Shown: one piece after another, positions 6,202 through 13,120 of the stretch
Numbering within the stretch: position 1 is the first letter of the stretch
Layout of the letters: every line of letters begins with the position of its first letter
Source of the DNA: a virus
Reading direction: 5' to 3' (one strand)
DNA: 34,642 nt
IMG/VR virus record: IMGVR_UViG_3300025892_000006
Notes under the pieces: generated by a model
Seen by the model: the letters and a program-made list of their open reading frames with translations, nothing else
Told to the model about the DNA's origin: nothing
The model's database searches: none
Translations under genes and position numbers: made by a program

Positions 6202-7814
6202 CCTAACCATTCCATAACAGGAACGGCCATACTGTTACCCATTGCTTTATATCTGTGTCCATCAGGACAATTTTCTTTAATGTTTGTATATCCATCAGGA
6301 AAACCTTGCAATCTTTCACACTCAATTGGTGTTAATTTTCTTACTGCCATATTTGTTTGCATTATTCCATCTGTTCTACCTCCTTGACCGCCACGAATTA
6401 AAGTACCCATTTTGTTTACATTTGGATTTAATTCTGCATCCCAAGAAATAGGGGAAGCAACCGCTGGTGTCTTACTTTTGTCCAAGGTAGGAGTAATCGT
6501 ATCAACTGACATAGATTGTGAGTCACTATTCTGCCAACCAAAAGCTACTGCTTGATCCAATACAAACAAATCATTTCCTGTGCTTGTTCTAGTTAAAGTA
6601 GGTGATGGTTTTTGACCATTGTGTATCCTGTTGCTTTGGTCATACTTACCATCTTTATACTCAATTGTCATAATGCTTTTATCAAAACTATCATCTGTAA
6701 TTCTTAATAGCTCTTTCAACACAGGCCACACTTCAGGCTCAGGAACAGAAAAAAACTTATCAGTTCTAAACCAATGCTCTGCTGTTGTTTTTTTAACACC
6801 TATCTTTTGAGCTATATCTTTTATTGGCATATTTTTATGCTTTTTGAGTAGCTGTTGTAACCTATTTATATCAACATCATATTTTCTTACTGCAACCTCT
6901 TGTATAACATCATAAAAGTTTTTATTTAGCACAAAAGGAACATTACCCCCTCCTGTACCCCATCTTGCAGTTACAGAATGGCAAGTGTCACCCATCTCTT
7001 TAACACGACTATCTGCTGGATGATTTTCAAAAACTTCAACAATAGCTTTCTTATCCAAGCTATCAGAGTTTAATCCTTTATAGTCTCTTGCACATAAAGC
7101 ATCTATGTGGTCTTGATGTAACAAAGGTATCATTTTTGCTGAGGTTTTGTTGAGTCCATCTGTTCCCATGTCTTTGTAATCTCTTGCTTGGAGTGGGCCA
7201 CTTGTGTCAATGCCAATTCTAGTGTCTTTGGGAGTGTCTTTCCTCTTTTTTCTGCTCTCCTCAATATGCCTTGACAAGCTTTCTGGCTCAAATAATACTT
7301 CTGCGGTAGGTCTCCAGTCTCCAAGATGTCCGACAACAAAGACTCTTCGCCTTCGCTGTGGGACTCCGAAGTTCTGAGCATCAAGCACTCGGTAGCTGAA
7401 CCCATACCCGAGTTCGCCCACCGCCCCGAGGAATGAACCAAAATCCCGTCCTTTCGATGAACTGAGGACGCCTGGCACATTTTCCCAAATGAACCACTTG
7501 GGTTTAAATTTGTCAAGAATTCCACAATAGATGAGGGCAAGATTGCCTCTCGGATCTTCAAGTCCTTTTCTGAGTCCTGCGACTGAGAAGGATTGACAAG
7601 GTGTTCCTCCGACCAAAAGGTCAATTGTTTTTTCTCCAAAATTCCACTCCTTATAATTAGACATGTCTCCAAGGTTAGGCACACCGGGATAATGATGCGC
7701 CAATACCTCACTTGGAAACTTCTCAATTTCAGAAAACGCAACAGGATTCCAACCTAGCTTATGCCAAGCTACTGTTGCAGCCTCTACGCCACTACATACG
7801 GATAGATAGTTCAT
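6177..7814 (-). CDS. DNA (cytosine-5)-methyltransferase with an unusually long variable (target-recognition) region
   Basis: Motifs in order: LSVCSGVEAA (I), GGTPCQSFS (IV), ENVPG (VI), QRRRRVF (VIII), then about 320 aa, then RKLTPIECERLQGFPDGYT and GNSMAVPV (IX/X). Confidence 0.92.
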   Translation of the reverse strand: MNYLSVCSGVEAATVAWHKLGWNPVAFSEIEKFPSEVLAHHYPGVPNLGDMSNYKEWNFGEKTIDLLVGGTPCQSFSVAGLRKGLEDPRGNLALIYCGILDKFKPKWFIWENVPGVLSSSKGRDFGSFLGAVGELGYGFSYRVLDAQNFGVPQRRRRVFVVGHLGDWRPTAEVLFEPESLSRHIEESRKKRKDTPKDTRIGIDTSGPLQARDYKDMGTDGLNKTSAKMIPLLHQDHIDALCARDYKGLNSDSLDKKAIVEVFENHPADSRVKEMGDTCHSVTARWGTGGGNVPFVLNKNFYDVIQEVAVRKYDVDINRLQQLLKKHKNMPIKDIAQKIGVKKTTAEHWFRTDKFFSVPEPEVWPVLKELLRITDDSFDKSIMTIEYKDGKYDQSNRIHNGQKPSPTLTRTSTGNDLFVLDQAVAFGWQNSDSQSMSVDTITPTLDKSKTPAVASPISWDAELNPNVNKMGTLIRGGQGGRTDGIMQTNMAVRKLTPIECERLQGFPDGYTNIKENCPDGHRYKAMGNSMAVPVMEWLGKRIEDRK

Positions 7815-8026
7815 AGTAGTTTGTACTCTGCAAAACTACATGGCTCATCGAACCGATTTAATACTGACTTTCTCTCGGTTTCGATCTCGTAGTTTTTATT
7901 TCTTAACTTAAATACCACATCACTTAATCTATAAATACCAAGTTCAGTCCAAGCTTCCATCGGACTAATCTTTTTGTTTAATTCTAGGTAATGCAATAAT
8001 CTTGTTTCTTGATTTGTCATATTCAT
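7811..8026 (-). CDS. Small winged-helix DNA-binding protein (HTH_39-like)
   Basis: 71 aa. The pattern LLHYLELNKKISPMEAWTELGIYRLSDVVFKLRNKNYEIET..........AEYKL resembles that family. AGGAGAG RBS. Confidence 0.65.
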   Translation of the reverse strand: MNMTNQETRLLHYLELNKKISPMEAWTELGIYRLSDVVFKLRNKNYEIETERKSVLNRFDEPCSFAEYKLL

Positions 8027-8328
8027 TTATCTCTCCTGGTGTACATATTTTTAAGATTAATATTGTTGTCTCGCATCTCTCGAACTCGTCTTAATAATCC
8101 ATCACGACTTATCCGAGAAACACCAAGGCAATAATATATAAGTCCATCATCATTCTCTAGCCAATCCAATGCTTGTTGTCTCACCCTTGCACCTGATTGT
8201 GCTGCAACTGCATCATGTATCGCATTAGCTAGTATTGCAATAAACAATCTAGCATCAGGGTTACCCATGTTTGGATTGCTAAATGTAAAGTTTTCGTACT
8301 CTGCATCTACTAAATAATGGTCTTTCAT
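8023..8328 (-). CDS. Hypothetical protein (101 aa)
   Basis: Long ORF in the operon with a 4-nt overlap with the downstream gene. No family recognised. Confidence 0.7.
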   Translation of the reverse strand: MKDHYLVDAEYENFTFSNPNMGNPDARLFIAILANAIHDAVAAQSGARVRQQALDWLENDDGLIYYCLGVSRISRDGLLRRVREMRDNNINLKNMYTRRDK

Positions 8329-8330
8329 AA

Positions 8331-8543
8331 CTAATCCCTATGCTTATTAAAAAGGTCATCCATTGCTCTTTTAATGTCTGACAATTTGAACTTCGATATG
8401 CGGTTTTCCAACACCGCTTTGTTAGTTTTAAATAATAGGTCTGCTTTTTCCTTTTTAGTTTTAGCATCTGTTGATGAGCCATCTATCTTATTAATTAAGC
8501 TTATAAATCCATCTGTAAACTTGTACTCATCAGGAAACATCAA
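8331..8543 (-). CDS. Hypothetical protein (70 aa)
   Basis: AAGGAGAG RBS upstream of the ATG at 8543. Tightly packed in the operon. Confidence 0.7.
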   Translation of the reverse strand: MMFPDEYKFTDGFISLINKIDGSSTDAKTKKEKADLLFKTNKAVLENRISKFKLSDIKRAMDDLFNKHRD

Positions 8544-8563
8544 CTCTCCTTTGCCTGGCAGAC

Positions 8564-8998
8564 TCAGGCTAATGGCTTTTTTACAGGAGCTACCGCCTTT
8601 AACTTTTCAGTCATTGACTTTGTTCCCGCATTGCCATCATCATCTTCAGGCGCAATACCTGTTGCAGCCATGATTGAATAACGCCTAGCATAAGTTAGTG
8701 CCGAGCCATAACCTTGCGGTGTTTGTTTATCAGCGGGTACATGAATCACACCCCCTGACATCTCTTCGCCACTCTCATGCAAAAAGATTGTCTCAACCCT
8801 GATGCCTGATTCTGCATCATGAGTCTTTTGTATTAGTGCTAACCCATGATTGTGTAATGCATCTAGTACCGCTTCAATACAACCTGCCAAGTCTACATAC
8901 TGACTTTTAAAGTGTGGATTGGTACTGTTCTTTAATGCAGGTGCAAATTCTTTTTGTGCTGACACGAATGCCTTAGCAATCTCCGATGTTGTTGTCAT
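8564..8998 (-). CDS. erf: Erf-family single-strand annealing protein
   Basis: Motifs NPHFKSQYVDLA, GSALTYARRYS and APEDDDGN are typical of the ERF family. AAGGAGAA RBS. Confidence 0.85.
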   Translation of the reverse strand: MTTTSEIAKAFVSAQKEFAPALKNSTNPHFKSQYVDLAGCIEAVLDALHNHGLALIQKTHDAESGIRVETIFLHESGEEMSGGVIHVPADKQTPQGYGSALTYARRYSIMAATGIAPEDDDGNAGTKSMTEKLKAVAPVKKPLA

Positions 8999-9113
8999 TG
9001 TCTTTCTCCTTAAAATAAAGTTTAATAATATCTTGCCTTTTACTTACATCTTTTACATTGCGATACAACACTTCTAAAAAAGTATGAGTATCTTTCATTT
9101 CATAATCTTCCAT
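8973..9113 (-). CDS. Possible 46-aa ORF bridging the exonuclease and erf genes
   Basis: Hand translation gives MEDYEMKDTHTFLEVLYRNVKDVSKRQDIIKLYFKEKDNDNNIGDC. It fills the 117-bp gap and overlaps the erf start. Tentative. Confidence 0.3.
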   Translation of the reverse strand: MEDYEMKDTHTFLEVLYRNVKDVSKRQDIIKLYFKEKDNDNNIGDC

Positions 9114-9115
9114 AG

Positions 9116-10081
9116 TTATAACTCCCTATCGCGTATGCGAAGTTTAGATTGTCGAATAGTTCTTGCTTCTTTTGCTTTAACTATCTTTTCAGGCTGCGCT
9201 TTATAATTAATCACAGGCCATGATATTTTGTAACGCCCTGACACAGCATGTTGATTGTCTCGCATAAAATTCATAATCTGAATCTGATGTAAGTCAATCT
9301 GCTCTTCCAAGTCTTTTATCATGTCTCTAAATTCAATTATCTTTTCAGCATAATGCTCGGCTTCAGGTATCTCGATCTCATCCTTGTCAGGCTGATCGAA
9401 AATAGATGATGCCTCAGATGGTGTTTTGATGTCATACCATTCAACCTCATCATTGGTTTTATACTTATCTAACCTACGCTGAAAGTCATTGATAGCATCA
9501 TGTATTTGAGCCAATACATCTACATCCCTTTGGTAAACAAAAGTCCGTAGTGTTGTACCACGATACAAGACACACACTGCACCCCAAGTCGCACCGACTG
9601 TATCCATCTGCATTTGCAGTTGCAATGGGCCACGATAGAGAGGCAGTTGGTCAGCACTTTCTACCTCATGCGCAGTTAGTTTGGCTTCTACAACACCTAC
9701 GCCCTCTAACCTTATCTCGTCCTCATTGACACAGATAATACCTTTATCCAAGTCAGTCATAATCATTGAGTCATTGCCTTTGACATCACCATCTAAACTA
9801 CATGCAAATGGCAAGTCTTTATGGAAGTAAGGCTTAGGATGTTTAGTCGTTAAATCTTTGACATCTAATCCTAAACGCTTACACGCTTGAACCAAGATAG
9901 TCTCCTCCAAGGTATTGCCCCAATCCATTGATTCGTTAGATATAAATGGTGGTTCAATCCCTGAGATAATATCCATCTTTTCTTTTAACAGTTCATTGAC
10001 TGTTTTAAACTTACTAGCACCCATCAATACAGGTATCTCGGATGCTGAAAGTTGGTCGTTCGGTGTAACTTTTCCTACCAT
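9116..10081 (-). CDS. YqaJ-type (lambda Exo-like, PD-(D/E)XK) recombination exonuclease
   Basis: The N-terminal SASEIPVLMGASKF.T..EL..EK, WGN.LEE, SLDG, and VVEAK...Q.QMQ pattern is as in YqaJ viral recombinases. It is adjacent to erf. GGAGAG RBS. Confidence 0.85.
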   Translation of the reverse strand: MVGKVTPNDQLSASEIPVLMGASKFKTVNELLKEKMDIISGIEPPFISNESMDWGNTLEETILVQACKRLGLDVKDLTTKHPKPYFHKDLPFACSLDGDVKGNDSMIMTDLDKGIICVNEDEIRLEGVGVVEAKLTAHEVESADQLPLYRGPLQLQMQMDTVGATWGAVCVLYRGTTLRTFVYQRDVDVLAQIHDAINDFQRRLDKYKTNDEVEWYDIKTPSEASSIFDQPDKDEIEIPEAEHYAEKIIEFRDMIKDLEEQIDLHQIQIMNFMRDNQHAVSGRYKISWPVINYKAQPEKIVKAKEARTIRQSKLRIRDREL

Positions 10082-10083
10082 GT

Positions 10084-10311
10084 TTACTCTCCTTTTCTTA
10101 GGTTATTAAAAGCCATTGATAACTCTTGTCTTGCATCATCATCTAATTGACTTATGACCGCTGTTGAGCCAAGTTCTAGCACGAGTTCACCAAAATCTCT
10201 AATGAGAAAATATTGGTGCGCTTCCTCTAGTTCTTTTTGTTGTTGGAATCCGTCCATTGGGATGTCGTCCTCATCCCCAAAATATTCGTTAGTTCCTCGG
10301 TTATCGTTCAT
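10084..10311 (-). CDS. Acidic hypothetical protein (75 aa)
   Basis: GGAGGTG RBS. Second gene after the putative early promoter. Rich in D/E. Confidence 0.7.
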   Translation of the reverse strand: MNDNRGTNEYFGDEDDIPMDGFQQQKELEEAHQYFLIRDFGELVLELGSTAVISQLDDDARQELSMAFNNLRKGE

Positions 10312-10808
10312 GATTGCACCTCCACATTGAAATTATTTTTAGTTACGATTTTTCCATAAGAACCCTCAAAGAAATCAAATAAATCACCATCTAAAATATC
10401 TTCTTTGGTTAAATCACCATTGTCTAAATCTTCAAGCACCTCATCAATGATGTCATTGAGTGTCTCTTTACTATACAAGGGAGTTACTTCACAGATATTT
10501 GGCTCAAACAAAAATGCTTTAATGGTGTCATCGTATGGCATGAAACCAATAAAATCACAATCTTCTCGGTCATTGTCATAACCAAATGCTGTATTATAAA
10601 TAACCTGTAAACCTGGTATGACCTCTTCACCACCTGATGTGATTCTGCCACGAGTATCTTTAGTGACTTTTACATCTTGACCAAGGTCATTGATATAGTT
10701 TTCCTGGATGTGTGATTCTATGTCAGAATCATTTTTTGCATTGATGATCGACACGCCTGAACTTGACATGTCATCACCATTGGTTACATGAATGATTAAA
10801 TATTTCAT
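10308..10808 (-). CDS. Strongly acidic hypothetical protein (166 aa), first gene of the leftward operon
   Basis: Conspicuously rich in Asp/Glu by eye. Located directly downstream of the promoter-like region at 10861-10890. Confidence 0.75.
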   Translation of the reverse strand: MKYLIIHVTNGDDMSSSGVSIINAKNDSDIESHIQENYINDLGQDVKVTKDTRGRITSGGEEVIPGLQVIYNTAFGYDNDREDCDFIGFMPYDDTIKAFLFEPNICEVTPLYSKETLNDIIDEVLEDLDNGDLTKEDILDGDLFDFFEGSYGKIVTKNNFNVEVQS

Positions 10809-10840
10809 AGTTTATTTTTCCTTATCAAAGTTTAAAAATA

Positions 10841-10979
10841 GGTATCTCAACCTGGATACAATTATATATCATAGATATCGTTTTGTGCAAATTTAATTAC
10901 TGCAGCCATTGAATTTGGTATCTCAACCCTTATGATCGATCATTGAAATATAGGGCCATATTTCGATCATTGAGATATT
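10841..10979. repeat. Operator-like repeats in the early control region
   Basis: GGTATCTCAACC occurs at 10841-10852 and 10917-10928. CGATCATTGA(A/G)ATAT occurs at 10937-10951 and 10964-10978. The 8-mer TATCTCAA recurs inverted at 10970-10977. Palindrome GAAATAT-agggcc-ATATTTC at 10945-10964. Confidence 0.8.
10861..10890 (-). promoter_or_regulatory. Sigma70-like promoter for the leftward operon
   Basis: On the - strand: TTGCAC (10890-10885), an 18-nt spacer, then a perfect TATAAT (10866-10861). One GGTATCTCAACC repeat sits at the predicted start site. Confidence 0.45.
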
Positions 10980-11006
10980 TGGAGGCATTTTAAGGCGTTC
11001 TAAGGC

Positions 11007-11040
11007 AAAAAAAAAGGGTTGCCAATACTATGACAACCCC
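11007..11040 (-). terminator. Rho-independent terminator of the upstream leftward transcription unit
   Basis: On the - strand: GGGTTG / CAACCC stem (11039-11034 / 11021-11016), a 12-nt loop, then nine T (the A-run at 11007-11015 on the + strand). Confidence 0.55.
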
Positions 11041-11056
11041 ATTTTCAATGCTTTAA

Positions 11057-11179
11057 TTACTTGTATATCTTGCTCTTATAGTCGTACTCCCTATCAAAAT
11101 AATGTTCTAGTATCATGGCGCAAAATACAACCAATGCTATGCATAAAAATGGTATTGCTATGATTAAAAGTAGTTTCAT
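11057..11179 (-). CDS. 40-aa membrane peptide
   Basis: Hand translation gives MKLLLIIAIPFLCIALVVFCAMILEHYFDREYDYKSKIYK. The ATG lies 1 nt after the upstream stop, with a GGGGGA RBS. Below the track cut-off. Confidence 0.45.
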   Translation of the reverse strand: MKLLLIIAIPFLCIALVVFCAMILEHYFDREYDYKSKIYK

Positions 11180-11180
11180 A

Positions 11181-11930
11181 CTATCCCCCCTTTGTGAGAA
11201 TGAATTGAGTATCAATCCCTTTTTGAATTTCACCTTTTAAACCCTTCGCATATAACCCTAGAATTGAGTTTTTAGGCTTTGTGAATGTAAGGTCGTTATC
11301 GTCCCCGCTTAAAACTTCACGATCATGAAACTTGATAGGCATTGTCTCGACCTTATCGAAGACAACCGCTATTCTAACGCCTTTATCAATTGCGCGTTGA
11401 TTGTACTTTTTGAAGGCGGGCGCGCCCGAATATGAGAAGGTTAAATCGTAATTAGTAGGAAAATCATTTAACCCGTTTTTACTATCTACCCTGTTCGGTA
11501 TTTTTGTATAATCCATAAATTGAACGTTAGGGAAAAATTCAAAGATATTACGATAATAAATATCTTCGAATACGAAGCCGATATTTTCCCACCTGATATC
11601 CGAAGTACCGTTTAATCGTATAAGCGGGCGCAATTCTTTTTTAGCCGCCTTTTTGATTAATGCGCGTATTTCAGTTATTAACTGTTTAAAATACTCGGCT
11701 TGATTATTTAAATATAACTTCGTTCTGTTTAATCTTGCATCTTGTACATTTTGAAATTTCCCGCGCCCCGAATAATATAAGCATGAGTCTATACAACCCG
11801 CCTTTTCGGCCATGGGGCATAAATTAACCCCGCTTGTATTATAAGGCGCAAAGTATTGAATACCCGTTAAATATCCGTATTTGGTATTTTTCGAGGTCTT
11901 CGCGTTCGTATCTATTGATAATAGTTTCAT
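11181..11930 (-). CDS. Cys-cluster phage protein (GP88-like by recollection), function unknown
   Basis: 249 aa with CPMAEKAGCIDSC (C-x7-C-x3-C), followed by RLNGTSD. It contains visibly more CpG (for example GGCGCGCC) than neighbouring genes. Confidence 0.8.
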   Translation of the reverse strand: MKLLSIDTNAKTSKNTKYGYLTGIQYFAPYNTSGVNLCPMAEKAGCIDSCLYYSGRGKFQNVQDARLNRTKLYLNNQAEYFKQLITEIRALIKKAAKKELRPLIRLNGTSDIRWENIGFVFEDIYYRNIFEFFPNVQFMDYTKIPNRVDSKNGLNDFPTNYDLTFSYSGAPAFKKYNQRAIDKGVRIAVVFDKVETMPIKFHDREVLSGDDNDLTFTKPKNSILGLYAKGLKGEIQKGIDTQFILTKGG

Positions 11931-11984
11931 GATATTTTCACCTTTAATGGTTTATAAAATGATTGTTAATAAATAACAATCTCA

Positions 11985-12009
11985 TAAGGCCCGAAAAAAT
12001 CAGGCCTTA
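11985..12009 (-). terminator. Intercistronic hairpin (weak terminator or attenuator)
   Basis: TAAGGCC (11985-11991) / GGCCTTA (12003-12009) form a 7-bp stem with an 11-nt loop. A U-rich tail follows on the - strand. Confidence 0.35.
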
Positions 12010-12024
12010 CAAGATTAATACTTA

Positions 12025-12216
12025 TTATTTTGATGGTATTTCAAATAAAAATTCGCCTAAATAAAATTCATATTCTATAACTATCTCATCCATATCCATT
12101 AAGTTATATTCTTGTCTAATAAAACTTCTATTTGAATCTTTTATATCATCACGCTCGTTTAAAATACAATTGATTAAAAAATTCTTAGTTTCTTGTCTAT
12201 TCCATAATTCTTTCAT
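12025..12216 (-). CDS. Hypothetical protein (63 aa)
   Basis: First ORF left of the control region. Its leader and RBS duplicate those of the 11930 gene. Confidence 0.7.
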   Translation of the reverse strand: MKELWNRQETKNFLINCILNERDDIKDSNRSFIRQEYNLMDMDEIVIEYEFYLGEFLFEIPSK

Positions 12217-12271
12217 AATATATTCACCTTTTATGGTTTATAAATACTCTCTAATTTGAGAGCTTAACGAT

Positions 12272-12300
12272 ATCTTAATTTATCTAATTTTAAAATGCAA
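12272..12300 (-). promoter_or_regulatory. Candidate sigma70-like promoter for 12216 -> 11057
   Basis: On the - strand: TTGCAT (12300-12295), a 17-nt spacer, then TAAGAT (12277-12272). Confidence 0.35.
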
Positions 12301-12452
12301 CTATTAATAATATGAAATCAGAAAAGGCCTCAATATATAATCAGTTGTCAATTGATTGTCATTGATGCAATTGACATATCATATTAAATGGGGATAGATA
12401 TAAACTAGTTTGATTTGAATGTCTCAAATAACTAATTAATCAAAGCAGCCAT

Positions 12453-12550
12453 TGTGGATAACTTGTGGATGGAAACTAGGCCACTGTGGATTATTCTGTG
12501 GATAAGTGCCAGGAATTCTGTGGATCGATCTGTGGATTTCCTGTGGATAA
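12453..12550 (+). promoter_or_regulatory. Array of seven phased DnaA boxes (putative replication origin)
   Basis: TGTGGAT cores start at 12453, 12464, 12485, 12497, 12519, 12531 and 12542, all in the same orientation. Three are the perfect TGTGGATAA, the complement of TTATCCACA. Confidence 0.7.
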
Positions 12551-13120
12551 GTGTACCTTTGCCCCCCCGTACCCCCTACTACATATATAGGGTGTCATAC
12601 ACAAATTTTTGCTGATAATCTCAAAAAACTGTTTATAGGAAATTGTTGACTGACTGATCGTTACAATTGATCGTTACGATATGATTGTTTTTAAGAAAGT
12701 CTTTTTTAAAGACTAATATGACAACATATTATCGTTACGCTATTGACCTACTCTGATAGTTAAAAGCGACAGAAGACCTAACCCGTATAGAAAAAGAGTA
12801 TTTTCGATATGGGGTCACTCCCTTAAAAAGGAGGGATGGCTCTCGTTTATCTAGTATAGGTTATTAACCTCCGCTTTCACGATCCCTGTACTCTCTATAT
12901 ATCGATGAACTGATATGGATTATTAAGGTATCTCTGCGGTTAAACTCGTTTATTCCCTTGGTCACCATCTACCGACGGGAGGGCTGGGTAATGGCCCCGT
13001 ATTTATTAATTTACAGTATTGAGCAGATAAGTCAATTAGTTTATTTACCACAGTTTAATCAAGAGTTTTCTGTGTAATAGTTTGGGGTAATCAATTAACC
13101 CATAATTGCGGACACCAAAT

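Noticed and set aside
7130-7741. 203-aa ORF nested in another frame on the same strand inside the methyltransferase gene
   Set aside because: The methyltransferase frame carries all canonical motifs. The alternative frame stays open mainly because of the GC-rich island, which has few stop codons.
8279-8673. Overlapping ORFs 8279..8482 (-) and 8374..8673 (+)
   Set aside because: They conflict with the tightly coupled - strand genes 8023..8328, 8331..8543 and erf, all of which have good RBSs.
12560-13120. An attP site, tRNA fragment or tRNA gene in the long non-coding region
   Set aside because: I found no T-loop-like GTTCGAATC-type motif or cloverleaf by eye, and the genome has no recognisable integrase. 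A proper tRNAscan was not possible.
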